Part shown: piece by piece, positions 20,550 through 29,740 of the stretch
How positions within the stretch are numbered: the first letter of the stretch is position 1
Layout of the letters: every line of letters begins with the position of its first letter
Source: an uncultured Spirochaetota bacterium
Lineage (GTDB): Bacteria; Spirochaetota; Spirochaetia; SZUA-6; Fen-1364
Direction: 5' to 3'
DNA: 30,664 bases
Assembly: GCA_963745235.1 (NCBI GenBank)
Contig: CAVUXE010000068.1
Coordinates: forward strand, 1-30,664
Notes under the pieces: model-generated
Databases searched by the model: none
What the model saw: the letters and a program-made list of their open reading frames with translations, nothing else
What the model was told of the DNA's origin: nothing
Made by a program: the position numbers and the translations under genes

Positions 20550-21185
20550 ATGAGCGACAAACAGGAAGACCAGGGGGAGCGCTTGGAGCCTCGGGGCCAC
20601 AAAGATGGGCGAGTGCGCATCGACGCACAGCGCAACATCGACGCATTGCTCGAGGCGGCCATCAAGGTGTTCGCGACCTCTGGTGTGGACGCTCCAGTAC
20701 GAGAGATCGTCGAGAAGGCCGGGGTCGGCATCGGGACCTTCTATCGCCACTTTCCGCAGCGCTCCGACCTCGTCGCGGCCGTCTTCCGTCACGAAATCGA
20801 TGCCTGCGCAGACGCCGCACCGATCCTGGCTGCCGAGCACAAGCCCGGCGAGGCACTGGCGAAATGGATGCAGCGATACGCGGCCTTTATTGGAACCAAA
20901 CGCGGGCTGGCCTCCGCCCTGCACTCAGGAAACCCAGCCTTCGACCACTTGCCCGCGTACTTCTACCAGCGACTCCAACCTGCACTTCAGAAACTTCTTG
21001 CCTCCGCGGTGGCCGCTGGTGAAGTCCGCACCGATTTCGCCGCCGAGGATCTTCTGGATGCGGTGGCAAGCTTGTGCATGAGAGCTTACGATCGCGGACC
21101 TGACCACGCTCGGCGTATGGTCGCTTTGCTCGTTGATGGGCTGCGATACGGCAAGGGCCGATCGGAAGACATATCTACTTTGTAG
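20550..21185 (+). CDS. TetR/AcrR-family transcriptional regulator
   Basis: RIDAQRNIDALLEAA and EIVEKAGVGIGTFYRHFP HTH. GGAGG RBS before GTG/ATG. Confidence 0.95.
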   Translation: MSDKQEDQGERLEPRGHKDGRVRIDAQRNIDALLEAAIKVFATSGVDAPVREIVEKAGVGIGTFYRHFPQRSDLVAAVFRHEIDACADAAPILAAEHKPGEALAKWMQRYAAFIGTKRGLASALHSGNPAFDHLPAYFYQRLQPALQKLLASAVAAGEVRTDFAAEDLLDAVASLCMRAYDRGPDHARRMVALLVDGLRYGKGRSEDISTL

Positions 21186-21214
21186 CATCGTTGGCGAATC
21201 AGTGCGCCACGACT

Positions 21215-21480
21215 TTCGCCGGCTGGAGCGCTGGGGGGTCGTGTACTACGGCTGTTGCGAGCCGCTGGACAGGAAGATCCCGCTCCTGCGCCGCATTCCC
21301 AACCTCCGCAAGTTCTCCATGAGCCCGTGGAACAACTTCGCGAAGGTCATCGACGAGGTCCAGTCCACAACCGCTCGGGCTTATAGCACACGGTCGAGAT
21401 GTCCTTCATGATGACCTCCGGGTGGCTTACGCCCTGTGCCCGTGGGCTCGGCTTGAAGCTGAGGACATAGTCTCCCGTGC
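21215..21480. pseudogene. Scrambled C-terminal remnant of an uncharacterised URO-D/methyltransferase-like family protein; second half inverted
   Basis: Plus strand YYGCCEPLDRKIPLLRRIPNLRKFSMSPW...IDEV to 21360. Minus strand 21479-21361 reads GDYVLSFKPSP...EVIMKDISTVCYKPERLW. Confidence 0.6.
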
Positions 21481-21533
21481 AGGAGAGCGCGTGAGCGCCG
21501 GCTCCGACTATTGTCAAAGCAGTCCGCAGGCCG

Positions 21534-21779
21534 TCAGGGTGCACGAGCTAACTCGCGACGTTTGCGCTGCATCACTTCTTCATCGGAGTAGTCCAGGTCG
21601 TAATTCCAAATGCCGTCATCTGACTTGTACGCACGAATGTCAAAACTGCACACTAACTCGAGTTTCGAACCTTCTGTTCTGACGCGTCGTGCCAGCCTCC
21701 TCGCAGAGTCGCATAGCTCTGCTTCGCGACCGTCTGCGAGCTTGACGAGCGTGCCCTTTCTCAGGCCATAGGTTTTCAT
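21534..21779 (-). CDS. Small hypothetical protein (81 aa)
   Basis: ATG start with weak AGGA upstream, protein-like composition, fills the gap downstream of the minus-strand operon. Confidence 0.5.
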   Translation of the reverse strand: MKTYGLRKGTLVKLADGREAELCDSARRLARRVRTEGSKLELVCSFDIRAYKSDDGIWNYDLDYSDEEVMQRKRRELARAP

Positions 21780-21829
21780 CGAGCAAGTCCTGTCCAGGGC
21801 TCGGCAGATCGAACGCCTTTCGTCCGACG

Positions 21830-22285
21830 CTACACGCCGAGAACCGCCTCTTGCAGGGCCATACGCGGAGCCTCCATCTTGGGAGCCACAACAACGATGG
21901 ACACAGGAGTATCGTCCTCAGCAACCGGAACGAAGTGCGCTTTCCCCTCCGGGATTGTGATCCGCGTTCCGGCTGGGATACGTACAATCTGCAGGCTCGC
22001 GTGGTCCGGCTTGCCACCCTTCATGTCCGCAAAGAGCATGATTGCCGTGCCCTCCAGAAAATAGAACATCTCCGCGTCCACATGAGTCTCGACCTGGGAA
22101 AAGCACGGAACGCTCTTCCATGTCTTGAGGGTTCCGCCGCTGATGTCTCGAGTCTTGAAAGTGGCGGTGAGCGGCGCGGCCGTCCATTGGAAGTACGCCT
22201 CGCCATACGGCCTGTCACCAGGCATCGCAACCGAAAGCCCGGGGACCAGCCCGGGCTTCAGATCCTGAATTCGAATTTCCTTCAT
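21830..22285 (-). CDS. Cupin-fold protein, ureidoglycolate lyase-like
   Basis: VETHVDAEMFYF...GKAHFVP pattern. GGAGG RBS. Confidence 0.6.
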   Translation of the reverse strand: MKEIRIQDLKPGLVPGLSVAMPGDRPYGEAYFQWTAAPLTATFKTRDISGGTLKTWKSVPCFSQVETHVDAEMFYFLEGTAIMLFADMKGGKPDHASLQIVRIPAGTRITIPEGKAHFVPVAEDDTPVSIVVVAPKMEAPRMALQEAVLGV

Positions 22286-22318
22286 GCTGCCTCCGAAAGT
22301 GCCTTTCAGTCGACGAAC

Positions 22319-23143
22319 TCAATCGCCTGGAACGGCGGGAAACCCGTCCGAAGCGATGGCTCCTCCATCCACGGGGATGACCGTGCCATTCACGAAGTCC
22401 GACGCATCCGAGGAAAGGAAGACTGCGATCCCGAACAGGTCTTCCCGGTCCCCTGCCCTTCCCGCGGGAACTCGTGCCCGTATCTGCTCGTAGAAGTCCT
22501 TGTGGCTCAACGCTGGAGCGGTGAGGTCGGTCCAGCACCACGTCGGGGCGATGGCGTTCACGCAAATGCCCCGCGCAGCCCACTCGCACGCCATGGACTT
22601 TGTCATCAGGTTGACGGCCGCCTTGCTGGCGGCGTACGCGGGGTCGCCCGGCCTTCCGGCAAAGCCCTGCAAAGAAGATATGTTGATTATCTTCCCCTTT
22701 CCCTGCTTCAGCATCTGTTTTGCGGCTTCCCTGGCGCACAAGAATGTCCCCTTCACGTTGATGTCCATGATGGTTTCCCAGACATCAAGGGGAAACTCAG
22801 TGATTGGCCTGACATCCGCGTAGCCCGCGCTGTTGACCAGGATGTCCAAGCGTCCAAACTCTCCCACCACCTTGGCCACCATTTTTTCAACCTGGGCCGG
22901 ATCGCGCACTTCGACTTGCACCGCAACGGAGCGACGGCCCATGGAAACGATCTTATCGACCGCCTGCTGGTTGTGCCCCTGCGTCTTTCCTGCCACGGCT
23001 ACATCGGCACCGGCTCCCGCGAGGGCAAGGGCAATCGCCTCACCCAGCCCCTTTGCGCCGCCCGTCACGACTGCCACTTTCCCCTTCAGGTCAAACAGGG
23101 AAGCAACCCTTCGAGCCTTTCCAACGAGATCATTGTCTCTCAT
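22319..23143 (-). CDS. SDR oxidoreductase (gluconate 5-dehydrogenase/KduD-like)
   Basis: FDLKGKVAVVTGGAKGLG, NSAG, YAASK, DFVNGTVIPVDGG. Confidence 0.9.
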   Translation of the reverse strand: MRDNDLVGKARRVASLFDLKGKVAVVTGGAKGLGEAIALALAGAGADVAVAGKTQGHNQQAVDKIVSMGRRSVAVQVEVRDPAQVEKMVAKVVGEFGRLDILVNSAGYADVRPITEFPLDVWETIMDINVKGTFLCAREAAKQMLKQGKGKIINISSLQGFAGRPGDPAYAASKAAVNLMTKSMACEWAARGICVNAIAPTWCWTDLTAPALSHKDFYEQIRARVPAGRAGDREDLFGIAVFLSSDASDFVNGTVIPVDGGAIASDGFPAVPGD

Positions 23144-23154
23144 ATCCCTGGCCC

Positions 23155-23637
23155 CTATTTCGGTGTCTGCTTCTTCTTATAGATCGCCATCTGTTCGGCA
23201 AAAAGGTCCGTTGTCGCATAACCGCTCTCAAAGGGCATGGATGCACCGCTATACACCCATATGAACTCCACAGGCTCGTCAAACGGATTTCGAAGCCAAT
23301 GAATCTCGCCGACTTTTGCAAACTGCGTGTCGCCGGGAGTGAAGAGGTATTCCTCTTTCCCACTGCCAACCACGCATTTTCCACTCAGACAGAAAATGAA
23401 CTCCTCCGCATGGAAATGGCAGTGTGGCTCGTGATATGCGCCCGGGTTGTAGACCGACCTCCCCATGACTGTCCTCGTTGATCCCGCTTTCTCCCGAGTG
23501 ATGATCTGCTCCGTCTCCACATTTCCGTAGATGCCCGGCCACCCTCCCTGGGGATCCGGCTCTACCTCGCGCCAGTTGATGGTTCCCGCCGGAAACTTGT
23601 ACGATGCCCGCTGCAACTTCCCGTTTTTCTGCACCAT
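23155..23637 (-). CDS. Cupin-domain protein (metal-binding)
   Basis: HEPHCHFHAEE and GEIHWLRN cupin motifs. AGGAGG RBS. Confidence 0.85.
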   Translation of the reverse strand: MVQKNGKLQRASYKFPAGTINWREVEPDPQGGWPGIYGNVETEQIITREKAGSTRTVMGRSVYNPGAYHEPHCHFHAEEFIFCLSGKCVVGSGKEEYLFTPGDTQFAKVGEIHWLRNPFDEPVEFIWVYSGASMPFESGYATTDLFAEQMAIYKKKQTPK

Positions 23638-23702
23638 TGCTTTCTCCTCCTTGCTACTCGATTGAAATAGAGGGTGAACGTCCCATGGACTGTTCGCCCA
23701 CC

Positions 23703-24815
23703 TTAGTGCCGATTTTCATCCTTCCTTCGCTCCTTCTGGAGTAGAAACATCCTTGCGCCGACCAGATTCGTCTCGTCGGCCGGAATCGCGCCGATAAGCA
23801 CCCTCGATTCCGCGAATTGGACCAGATCTTGACTCCTGACAAAAGGGATCCCGGATGCCCTTAGCTCGGCTCTGAGAAAATCCACCAGCACACTGCCGAC
23901 CCCCAGGGCAAATCCGCCCACGAGGATAACTGTCATGCCGGGATGAGAGGTAAAGACGTTGCGAAGCAGCACCGAGAGTGGCCTCGCGGCTCCTCGAAGG
24001 ACGTCAAGGAGAAACTCCTCACCAACAGCAACGCCCCAGGAAAAATCCTCCCCTGAAATAGCGCCGGGCAGGGTTCCGCGCTCTTTGAATAACCTGCAGG
24101 CACGGTAGTCTGCGGCATACCTCGGATCCATCGCCCGACGATTGGCGGTGCTTACGATTGCGCTACCGCTTGTTTGCCGCTCGACGCATCCTCTTCCTCC
24201 GCAATTGCATGGCTCGTTGCAGGACGGATCCACCTGATGGTGTCCCAGGTCCGCCAGCGAATCGGGAAATGTGATCTCTCCAGAGGGCAGCCGCCGACAA
24301 GGAGCCCCACCGGTCCCCGTCCCGAGGATAAGCGCCAGCACCTCGTCACGGTCTGAGGCAGCGCCTGTGGGTCCCATCTCCGCCATTGCTGCCGCCACGG
24401 CATCCTTGATGACGTAGGCCCGGACTTCCCGTCCCGTCTTGACGCGCACTCCTTCCTCAACCATGTCTGAAAGCGGAATGTCTAAATCGTTCGGGAGGAC
24501 GTTTGTGTACTTCCTCACGACCCGGTTGTCGAAAGAGATAGGACCGGCAACGGAGAGCACAAACGTCTTTTGCCGCAGGCCACGAGTGACAATCCTGTCC
24601 ACAATGAGATCGCACAGTTCACGGCGCGTCGCGATCTGCTGCGCAATCTTCTCCGTGCAGCAGCGCGCAGAGTCCATCCTTCCCTGATGGTCAACGAGGC
24701 CATGACGTACGCACGTACCTCCGAGATCGAGAACAAAGCGCTCACCCTGCCACGGGTCGGCGGGTGACTCGGAGGCGAAAGGCACGCTGGAGGCGCGCTG
24801 TATCATTCCGGTCAC
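23703..24815 (-). CDS. ROK-family sugar kinase (divergent)
   Basis: LDLGGT, LGTGTGGA, LGH...CNCGGRGCVE zinc motif. No N-terminal HTH. Confidence 0.85.
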   Translation of the reverse strand: MTGMIQRASSVPFASESPADPWQGERFVLDLGGTCVRHGLVDHQGRMDSARCCTEKIAQQIATRRELCDLIVDRIVTRGLRQKTFVLSVAGPISFDNRVVRKYTNVLPNDLDIPLSDMVEEGVRVKTGREVRAYVIKDAVAAAMAEMGPTGAASDRDEVLALILGTGTGGAPCRRLPSGEITFPDSLADLGHHQVDPSCNEPCNCGGRGCVERQTSGSAIVSTANRRAMDPRYAADYRACRLFKERGTLPGAISGEDFSWGVAVGEEFLLDVLRGAARPLSVLLRNVFTSHPGMTVILVGGFALGVGSVLVDFLRAELRASGIPFVRSQDLVQFAESRVLIGAIPADETNLVGARMFLLQKERRKDENRH

Positions 24816-25981
24816 ACGCGCCTTTCGTAACTGGCGGCAAGGAGCTCTTTCATCTCCTGCAGCGTCGCCACGCGCGGGTTATTCTTGTAATCGGGAAGAA
24901 CCTGCCCATCTTCGGCGATGCACGTGAGATCATTCGGCGATACTCCGAGGGCCTTCAGGTTGACCCACATGCCGATCTCTTTGAGAAATCCATCGATCTC
25001 GTCGCAACAGCCTTCCGCCGCCGCGCTCTCGGAGACCTTTTCCAGGCCGGGGTTCAGGATCCTCCCAACCGCTGCGAACTTGCTTATTGCGCTTTGGCAG
25101 GTGTAGCGGGTGAACTCGGGATACAACGCAGCCAGGGCCTGTCCATGCGCCACCTGGGGACAGTGCCCGCCCACCTGCATTCCCAGGCCGTGGGGCAGCG
25201 TGACCCCTGCGGACGCTATTGCCATACCTCCCAGAGTGTCCGCCCAAGCCATGGCTTCTCGGGCCTCCTTATTCGACCCATCCTCCACCGCCGCCGGCAG
25301 ATTCCCTACGATCAGGCGAAGGGCGTGCAATGCGAGCATTTCGACGTGAGGGTTTGTGCCATTGGAAATGAAGGCCTCAAAGTTGTGGGAAAAGGCGTCG
25401 AACCCGGTCATGGCCGTCGCAGAGGCGGGCAGAGTCAGCATAAGATCCGGGTCCACAAGAGCGGCCTTCGGGAAAATATTGGGATGCCAGAGTGCCGACT
25501 TGTCTTTGTCTTCCCCATTGGTGATTACTGCGCAGGGAGTGGTCTGGGATCCTGTGCCCGAGGTGGTGGTGACGCAGACAATGGGGAGGGTACGAGCGCT
25601 CGGAGCCTTCTTGTAGAAAAGGTAGTCCCAGCAGGTCCCCTCGTGTGACGCTTCAACCGCAATTGCTTTGGCGGCGTCCATGCTGGAGCCGCCTCCAAGG
25701 CCAAAGACCAGGTCAGCTCCTTCAGCGCGGGCTAGCCGTGATCCCGCACTGACCTGTGCGGTGGTCGGGTTGGGCCGGACCCCGTCGAATTGAATTACGG
25801 AGACTCCCGCGGCCTTCATCGACTCCATGACTCTCCGGTCAAGCTCTTCCCGCCGTGGCGAACGTGGACCGGTGACAAGGAGACATCTCTTGCCATAGCG
25901 AGCCGCCACCTGTCCGGCCTCTTTGATCCTGCCCGCCCCGAAGAGGACTTCTGTGGGTTGAGAGTAATTGAACTGCTTCAA
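24812..25981 (-). CDS. Iron-containing (group III) alcohol dehydrogenase
   Basis: TTG start with GGGAGG RBS. GGGSSMDAAK, TTSGTGS, and metal ligands in DAFSH, LPHG, VAHG. Confidence 0.92.
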   Translation of the reverse strand: MKQFNYSQPTEVLFGAGRIKEAGQVAARYGKRCLLVTGPRSPRREELDRRVMESMKAAGVSVIQFDGVRPNPTTAQVSAGSRLARAEGADLVFGLGGGSSMDAAKAIAVEASHEGTCWDYLFYKKAPSARTLPIVCVTTTSGTGSQTTPCAVITNGEDKDKSALWHPNIFPKAALVDPDLMLTLPASATAMTGFDAFSHNFEAFISNGTNPHVEMLALHALRLIVGNLPAAVEDGSNKEAREAMAWADTLGGMAIASAGVTLPHGLGMQVGGHCPQVAHGQALAALYPEFTRYTCQSAISKFAAVGRILNPGLEKVSESAAAEGCCDEIDGFLKEIGMWVNLKALGVSPNDLTCIAEDGQVLPDYKNNPRVATLQEMKELLAASYERRV

Positions 25982-25995
25982 GGAATATTCCTCCC

Positions 25996-26994
25996 TCAGA
26001 CGCGCTTTCGCTGAGCGCTGTAGGCGGCAACCGCCCCAAGGATGATGAGACCCCGGACAATCCACTGGATAAACGTGTTGACTCCGATGAGATTGAAGAT
26101 GTTGTTCAGCAGGGACACGATCAGAAAACCGGCAACGCTGCCCACAACGCTGCCGACTCCTCCGGTCAGCGCCGTCCCTCCGACCAAAACGGCAGCAATA
26201 GAGTTGAGATCATAGAGACTATAGTCCAGCCCGCCCACCTGGGGATCTCCCACCCCCATGCGGCTGATGAGGAATAGAGCAGACAGGGCAGCCATGAAAC
26301 TGGAGAACAGGTACGTGAAAAGGACCACCCTCCTGGTTTGGATCCCCGAAAGCCGTGCCGAACGCTCGCTACCCCCGGTTGCAAACACATGGCGGCCTAT
26401 CACCGTCTTTGCCAAAATGAATTGAGCAACGACAATGGCGATGAGCAGGAAAATGACGGCAAACGGAACCGGCCCGATCGTTCCGTTTGCAAAATAGCTC
26501 CACCATGGGGAGATGCGGCCCTTCGGCCGCTTGGTGTACATGAGCACGACGCCCTGGACGATCGAGCCCACGGCCATGGTGGCAATGAAAGGGGCAATCC
26601 TAAGCCGGTTCACAAGGAGGGAGTTGGTCAGCCCGACGGCCAACGCCATACACACAACGAGCAGAATGACGGGAATTGCCACGCCGAGCGCCGGGCTCCC
26701 CGCCATCAGCCCTGAGGCGTATACTGCCACCATGCTGATTGTCGCCCCGACGGAAAGATCTATTCCGCCACCGAGGATGACGAATGTCTGCCCAATTGCC
26801 ACGAGGCCCAGGGCGACCGACTGGAGAAGAACGTTGAAAAGGTTGCGCGATCTGAGAAAATCCGGAGCGAAAAGCGCGCCAATGACGGCGATAACCGCGA
26901 GGAACAGATAGATCGTGACCGTCTCGCTGTGTTGACGAATGAAACGGATCGTCGACACCGAACCGTGCGTCTCGGGAACCCCCGCACTATTCAT
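25996..26994 (-). CDS. Sugar ABC transporter permease (RbsC-like)
   Basis: GGIDLSVG, PFIAT, GRHVFATGG, IAAVLVGGT. Confidence 0.94.
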   Translation of the reverse strand: MNSAGVPETHGSVSTIRFIRQHSETVTIYLFLAVIAVIGALFAPDFLRSRNLFNVLLQSVALGLVAIGQTFVILGGGIDLSVGATISMVAVYASGLMAGSPALGVAIPVILLVVCMALAVGLTNSLLVNRLRIAPFIATMAVGSIVQGVVLMYTKRPKGRISPWWSYFANGTIGPVPFAVIFLLIAIVVAQFILAKTVIGRHVFATGGSERSARLSGIQTRRVVLFTYLFSSFMAALSALFLISRMGVGDPQVGGLDYSLYDLNSIAAVLVGGTALTGGVGSVVGSVAGFLIVSLLNNIFNLIGVNTFIQWIVRGLIILGAVAAYSAQRKRV

Positions 26995-28489
26995 GCTTTT
27001 CCCCGAAAGAAGCGAGCGTCACGATTGCCTCCTCATTTACCTGCTCCCCGGAGAGCTCTCCCGCGATTCTGCCTTTATGCATGACCAGCACCCGGTCGCT
27101 CATGCCGATGATTTCCGGCAGCTCAGAAGAGATCATCAGGATAGCTGCACCTGCGTCAGCTAGATTCCTCATGAGGCGCCAGATCTCCACTTTAGAGCCA
27201 ACGTCGACTCCACGCGTAGGCTCGTCAAAGATGATGAGCCGCGGCCCACAAATCAGCCACTTGGCGATGACCACCTTCTGCTGGTTACCACCGCTCAGCC
27301 GCTCCACCTCCTGCGAAAGCGAGGGTGTTATCACGTTGAGGGCCTTCACAGTCTTTGAGATTGCGGCACGTTCAGCGCCACGCGCTATGAAGCCGAGGCT
27401 TTGACGTTTTCCCAGGCTGGCCAGAGCGCTGTTGTGCGCGACCGAAAGGCCCATCACCAGGCCTTCCTCCTTGCGGCTCTCGGGCAGGTAGCCCACGCCC
27501 CGACGTATAACGGAAGACGGCCGGCGAGGGCGTACTGGTTTTCCATCGATCAAGATACTTCCGGACTCGTAACGGCGAACGCCGAATACCGTCTGCGCGA
27601 GCTCAGTTCTGCCCGAGCCCATGAGACCGGACAGCCCCACGATTTCCCGGCACCGGACGCTCAAGGTGATGTCGTGCAGGACCGGGGCAGAGCTCATGCG
27701 GTCGATGCGTAGCGTCTCTGGACCTGCCGAAACGCCTCGAGGGGGAAACTGCTCGGTGAAGGTGCTGCTGCCGATCATGAGGCGCACAAGCGTGGTGCGG
27801 TCGATGTCTCCGATAGCGCGAGACTCCACCACCATGCCGTCTCGAAAGATAGTGACCCAGTCGGCAATTTGGAACACCTCTGCAAGTCGGTGCGAAATGT
27901 AGATAACCACTACTCCATGGGCCTTCAACGCGGAGATGACCTCGAAGAGCCGTTCCAGCTCTGCCGTCCCCAGGGTGGCCGACGGCTCGTCCATGATCAC
28001 TACCCGGGCGTTCAAGGACAACGCCTTCGCGATTTCCACCATCTGCTGCTGCGCAATGCTCAGCCGGCCCACTCTCTCCGATGGATCAATTGACACCCCG
28101 AGACGAGCCAGCACCTCGCGCGCACCGCGGATCTGTTGGCGAGAGTCCAGCAGGCCGAATCTACCGCGCACCTCACGCCCCATGAATACGTTAGCAGCCA
28201 CGCTGAGATGTGGCAGGAGGTTCAGCTCTTGATGGATAATGCTGAGGCCTGCTCGCTGTGCTTCGTTCGGTCCGGCGAACCGGACCTTGCGGCCGTCCAG
28301 CAATATTTCCCCACTATCGGGCTGGTAAACGCCAGAGAGAATATTCATCAGCGTAGATTTCCCGGCGCCATTCTGGCCAACGACGGTGTGCACCTCACCG
28401 CCGCGGCATCGAAGCGTGACATCCCGAAGTGCGCGCACCCCACCAAAGGACTTTGAGATGTGATGCATCTCAACGACGTATCCGCTCAT
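26987..28489 (-). CDS. CUT2 sugar ABC transporter ATP-binding protein (RbsA-like)
   Basis: GQNGAGKST, MDEPSA, LSGGNQQK, DEPTRGVDVG. Confidence 0.95.
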   Translation of the reverse strand: MSGYVVEMHHISKSFGGVRALRDVTLRCRGGEVHTVVGQNGAGKSTLMNILSGVYQPDSGEILLDGRKVRFAGPNEAQRAGLSIIHQELNLLPHLSVAANVFMGREVRGRFGLLDSRQQIRGAREVLARLGVSIDPSERVGRLSIAQQQMVEIAKALSLNARVVIMDEPSATLGTAELERLFEVISALKAHGVVVIYISHRLAEVFQIADWVTIFRDGMVVESRAIGDIDRTTLVRLMIGSSTFTEQFPPRGVSAGPETLRIDRMSSAPVLHDITLSVRCREIVGLSGLMGSGRTELAQTVFGVRRYESGSILIDGKPVRPRRPSSVIRRGVGYLPESRKEEGLVMGLSVAHNSALASLGKRQSLGFIARGAERAAISKTVKALNVITPSLSQEVERLSGGNQQKVVIAKWLICGPRLIIFDEPTRGVDVGSKVEIWRLMRNLADAGAAILMISSELPEIIGMSDRVLVMHKGRIAGELSGEQVNEEAIVTLASFGEKHE

Positions 28490-28512
28490 GCTGCTCCCAG
28501 CCGTCTTCGAAG

Positions 28513-28546
28513 CGGAGACCGACAGTACTTCACCTGCCGGTCTCCG
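28513..28546 (-). other. Intercistronic stem-loop downstream of the SBP gene
   Basis: CGGAGACCGACAG / CTGCCGGTCTCCG 13-bp stem (one G-U on the minus-strand RNA), no U-tract. Confidence 0.6.
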
Positions 28547-28570
28547 AAAGGCATCTGTGCTCCGCGACCG

Positions 28571-29602
28571 TTACTGGGCCGGGAACAGCCGCTTGGTCAC
28601 TTCCGGTTGCGTATACGCATAGAAACTGTCCGGAAGGTCCATACGGACGAATTGGTCGAGGTTCTCGCGGGTTATGACCGCGTTGGGCTCCTGAAACAGG
28701 TGCGGCACCGACTCTCCTCTGAGAATCTTCATGCCAATCTCCACTGCGCGGCTGCCCTGGCGAACGCTGTTGGTGACGCATCTCGCTTTGAGCTGCGGGT
28801 CGTTCTTCCAGATCTTGAGGAACTGGTTCGCATCTTCGCTGGTCATTGGAGGAACGGGCAGATTTGCTTCCTTGAATGCCTGGTATGCTCCCACCGCCTC
28901 CATACTGTCGCACCACACCGCGTCAATCTTGGGATACTTCTGGAGCAGCGTTTCCATGATCTGGCGGGACTTGACGACGGACCAGTCCCCGTATTCCCTT
29001 GCCAGGATCTTTATTCCCGGGCGGGTGAACTCGGCAGTTGCGCTGGCCAGACGGTCCTCCGCCGGGCTTGCTCCTGCAAGGCCGGTAATGAGGACCACAT
29101 TGCCCTTGCCGTGGATCTGCTGGATGAGCCAGTCAGCCTGCAGCTTCGCCATATTCTTGTCGTTGCCCGATATGAATGTGACGTACTTGTCGCTTGAGAT
29201 ATTGCGGTCCACCATGAGGACCGGGATCCCCTGGTCCATAGCCTTTTCAACGACAGGTGTCAGAGCTTCAGAGCTTGCAGCGCTTACGATGAGCAGGTCG
29301 ACGCCCTTTGTTATGAGGTCCTCAACATCGGCAACCTGCTTGGTGGGATCGTCGTTGGCGTTGGTTTCGTAGTAGTCCTTGACAAGGCCCTGCTTCTTGG
29401 CCAGATCGATGGAATAGCGCAATTGCTCTACGAACGAGACGCGCCACGTGTTAGACACCGAGGCGTTGCTGAACCCGATTGTCCAGGGAGGCGCCTTCGC
29501 GTACTTGGCCGTGTCGACCATCTGCGAGGACTGAGCGAACAGGCCTCCAGTTATCAATGTCGCCGCGGCGACGATCAAGAGAGCTCGAAAGAATGATTTC
29601 AT
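28571..29602 (-). CDS. Sugar ABC substrate-binding protein (periplasmic binding protein type 1)
   Basis: Signal peptide, then IGFSNASVSNTWR, KQVADVEDLI, GIPVLMVDR, YGDWS. AAGGAGG upstream. Confidence 0.93.
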   Translation of the reverse strand: MKSFFRALLIVAAATLITGGLFAQSSQMVDTAKYAKAPPWTIGFSNASVSNTWRVSFVEQLRYSIDLAKKQGLVKDYYETNANDDPTKQVADVEDLITKGVDLLIVSAASSEALTPVVEKAMDQGIPVLMVDRNISSDKYVTFISGNDKNMAKLQADWLIQQIHGKGNVVLITGLAGASPAEDRLASATAEFTRPGIKILAREYGDWSVVKSRQIMETLLQKYPKIDAVWCDSMEAVGAYQAFKEANLPVPPMTSEDANQFLKIWKNDPQLKARCVTNSVRQGSRAVEIGMKILRGESVPHLFQEPNAVITRENLDQFVRMDLPDSFYAYTQPEVTKRLFPAQ

Positions 29603-29740
29603 GTTACCCTATCCCTCCTTGCGATTTGGCCGGCGTTCCTCGAAGACGCCTTGCGCCTTCACCCCGGCCGTCAAATACTGGGTCACGGCCTTGACGGCCT
29701 GCCCCTCGTCTTTCTCGTTTGGTCCTCCTTTCCCGGTGAC

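Noticed and set aside
29604-29740. Strong AAGGAGG on the minus strand (~29724-29730) suggesting a small peptide gene, and the 88 aa ORF 29604..29870
   Set aside because: No start codon at suitable spacing; the ORF is an off-frame read of the permease 3' end.
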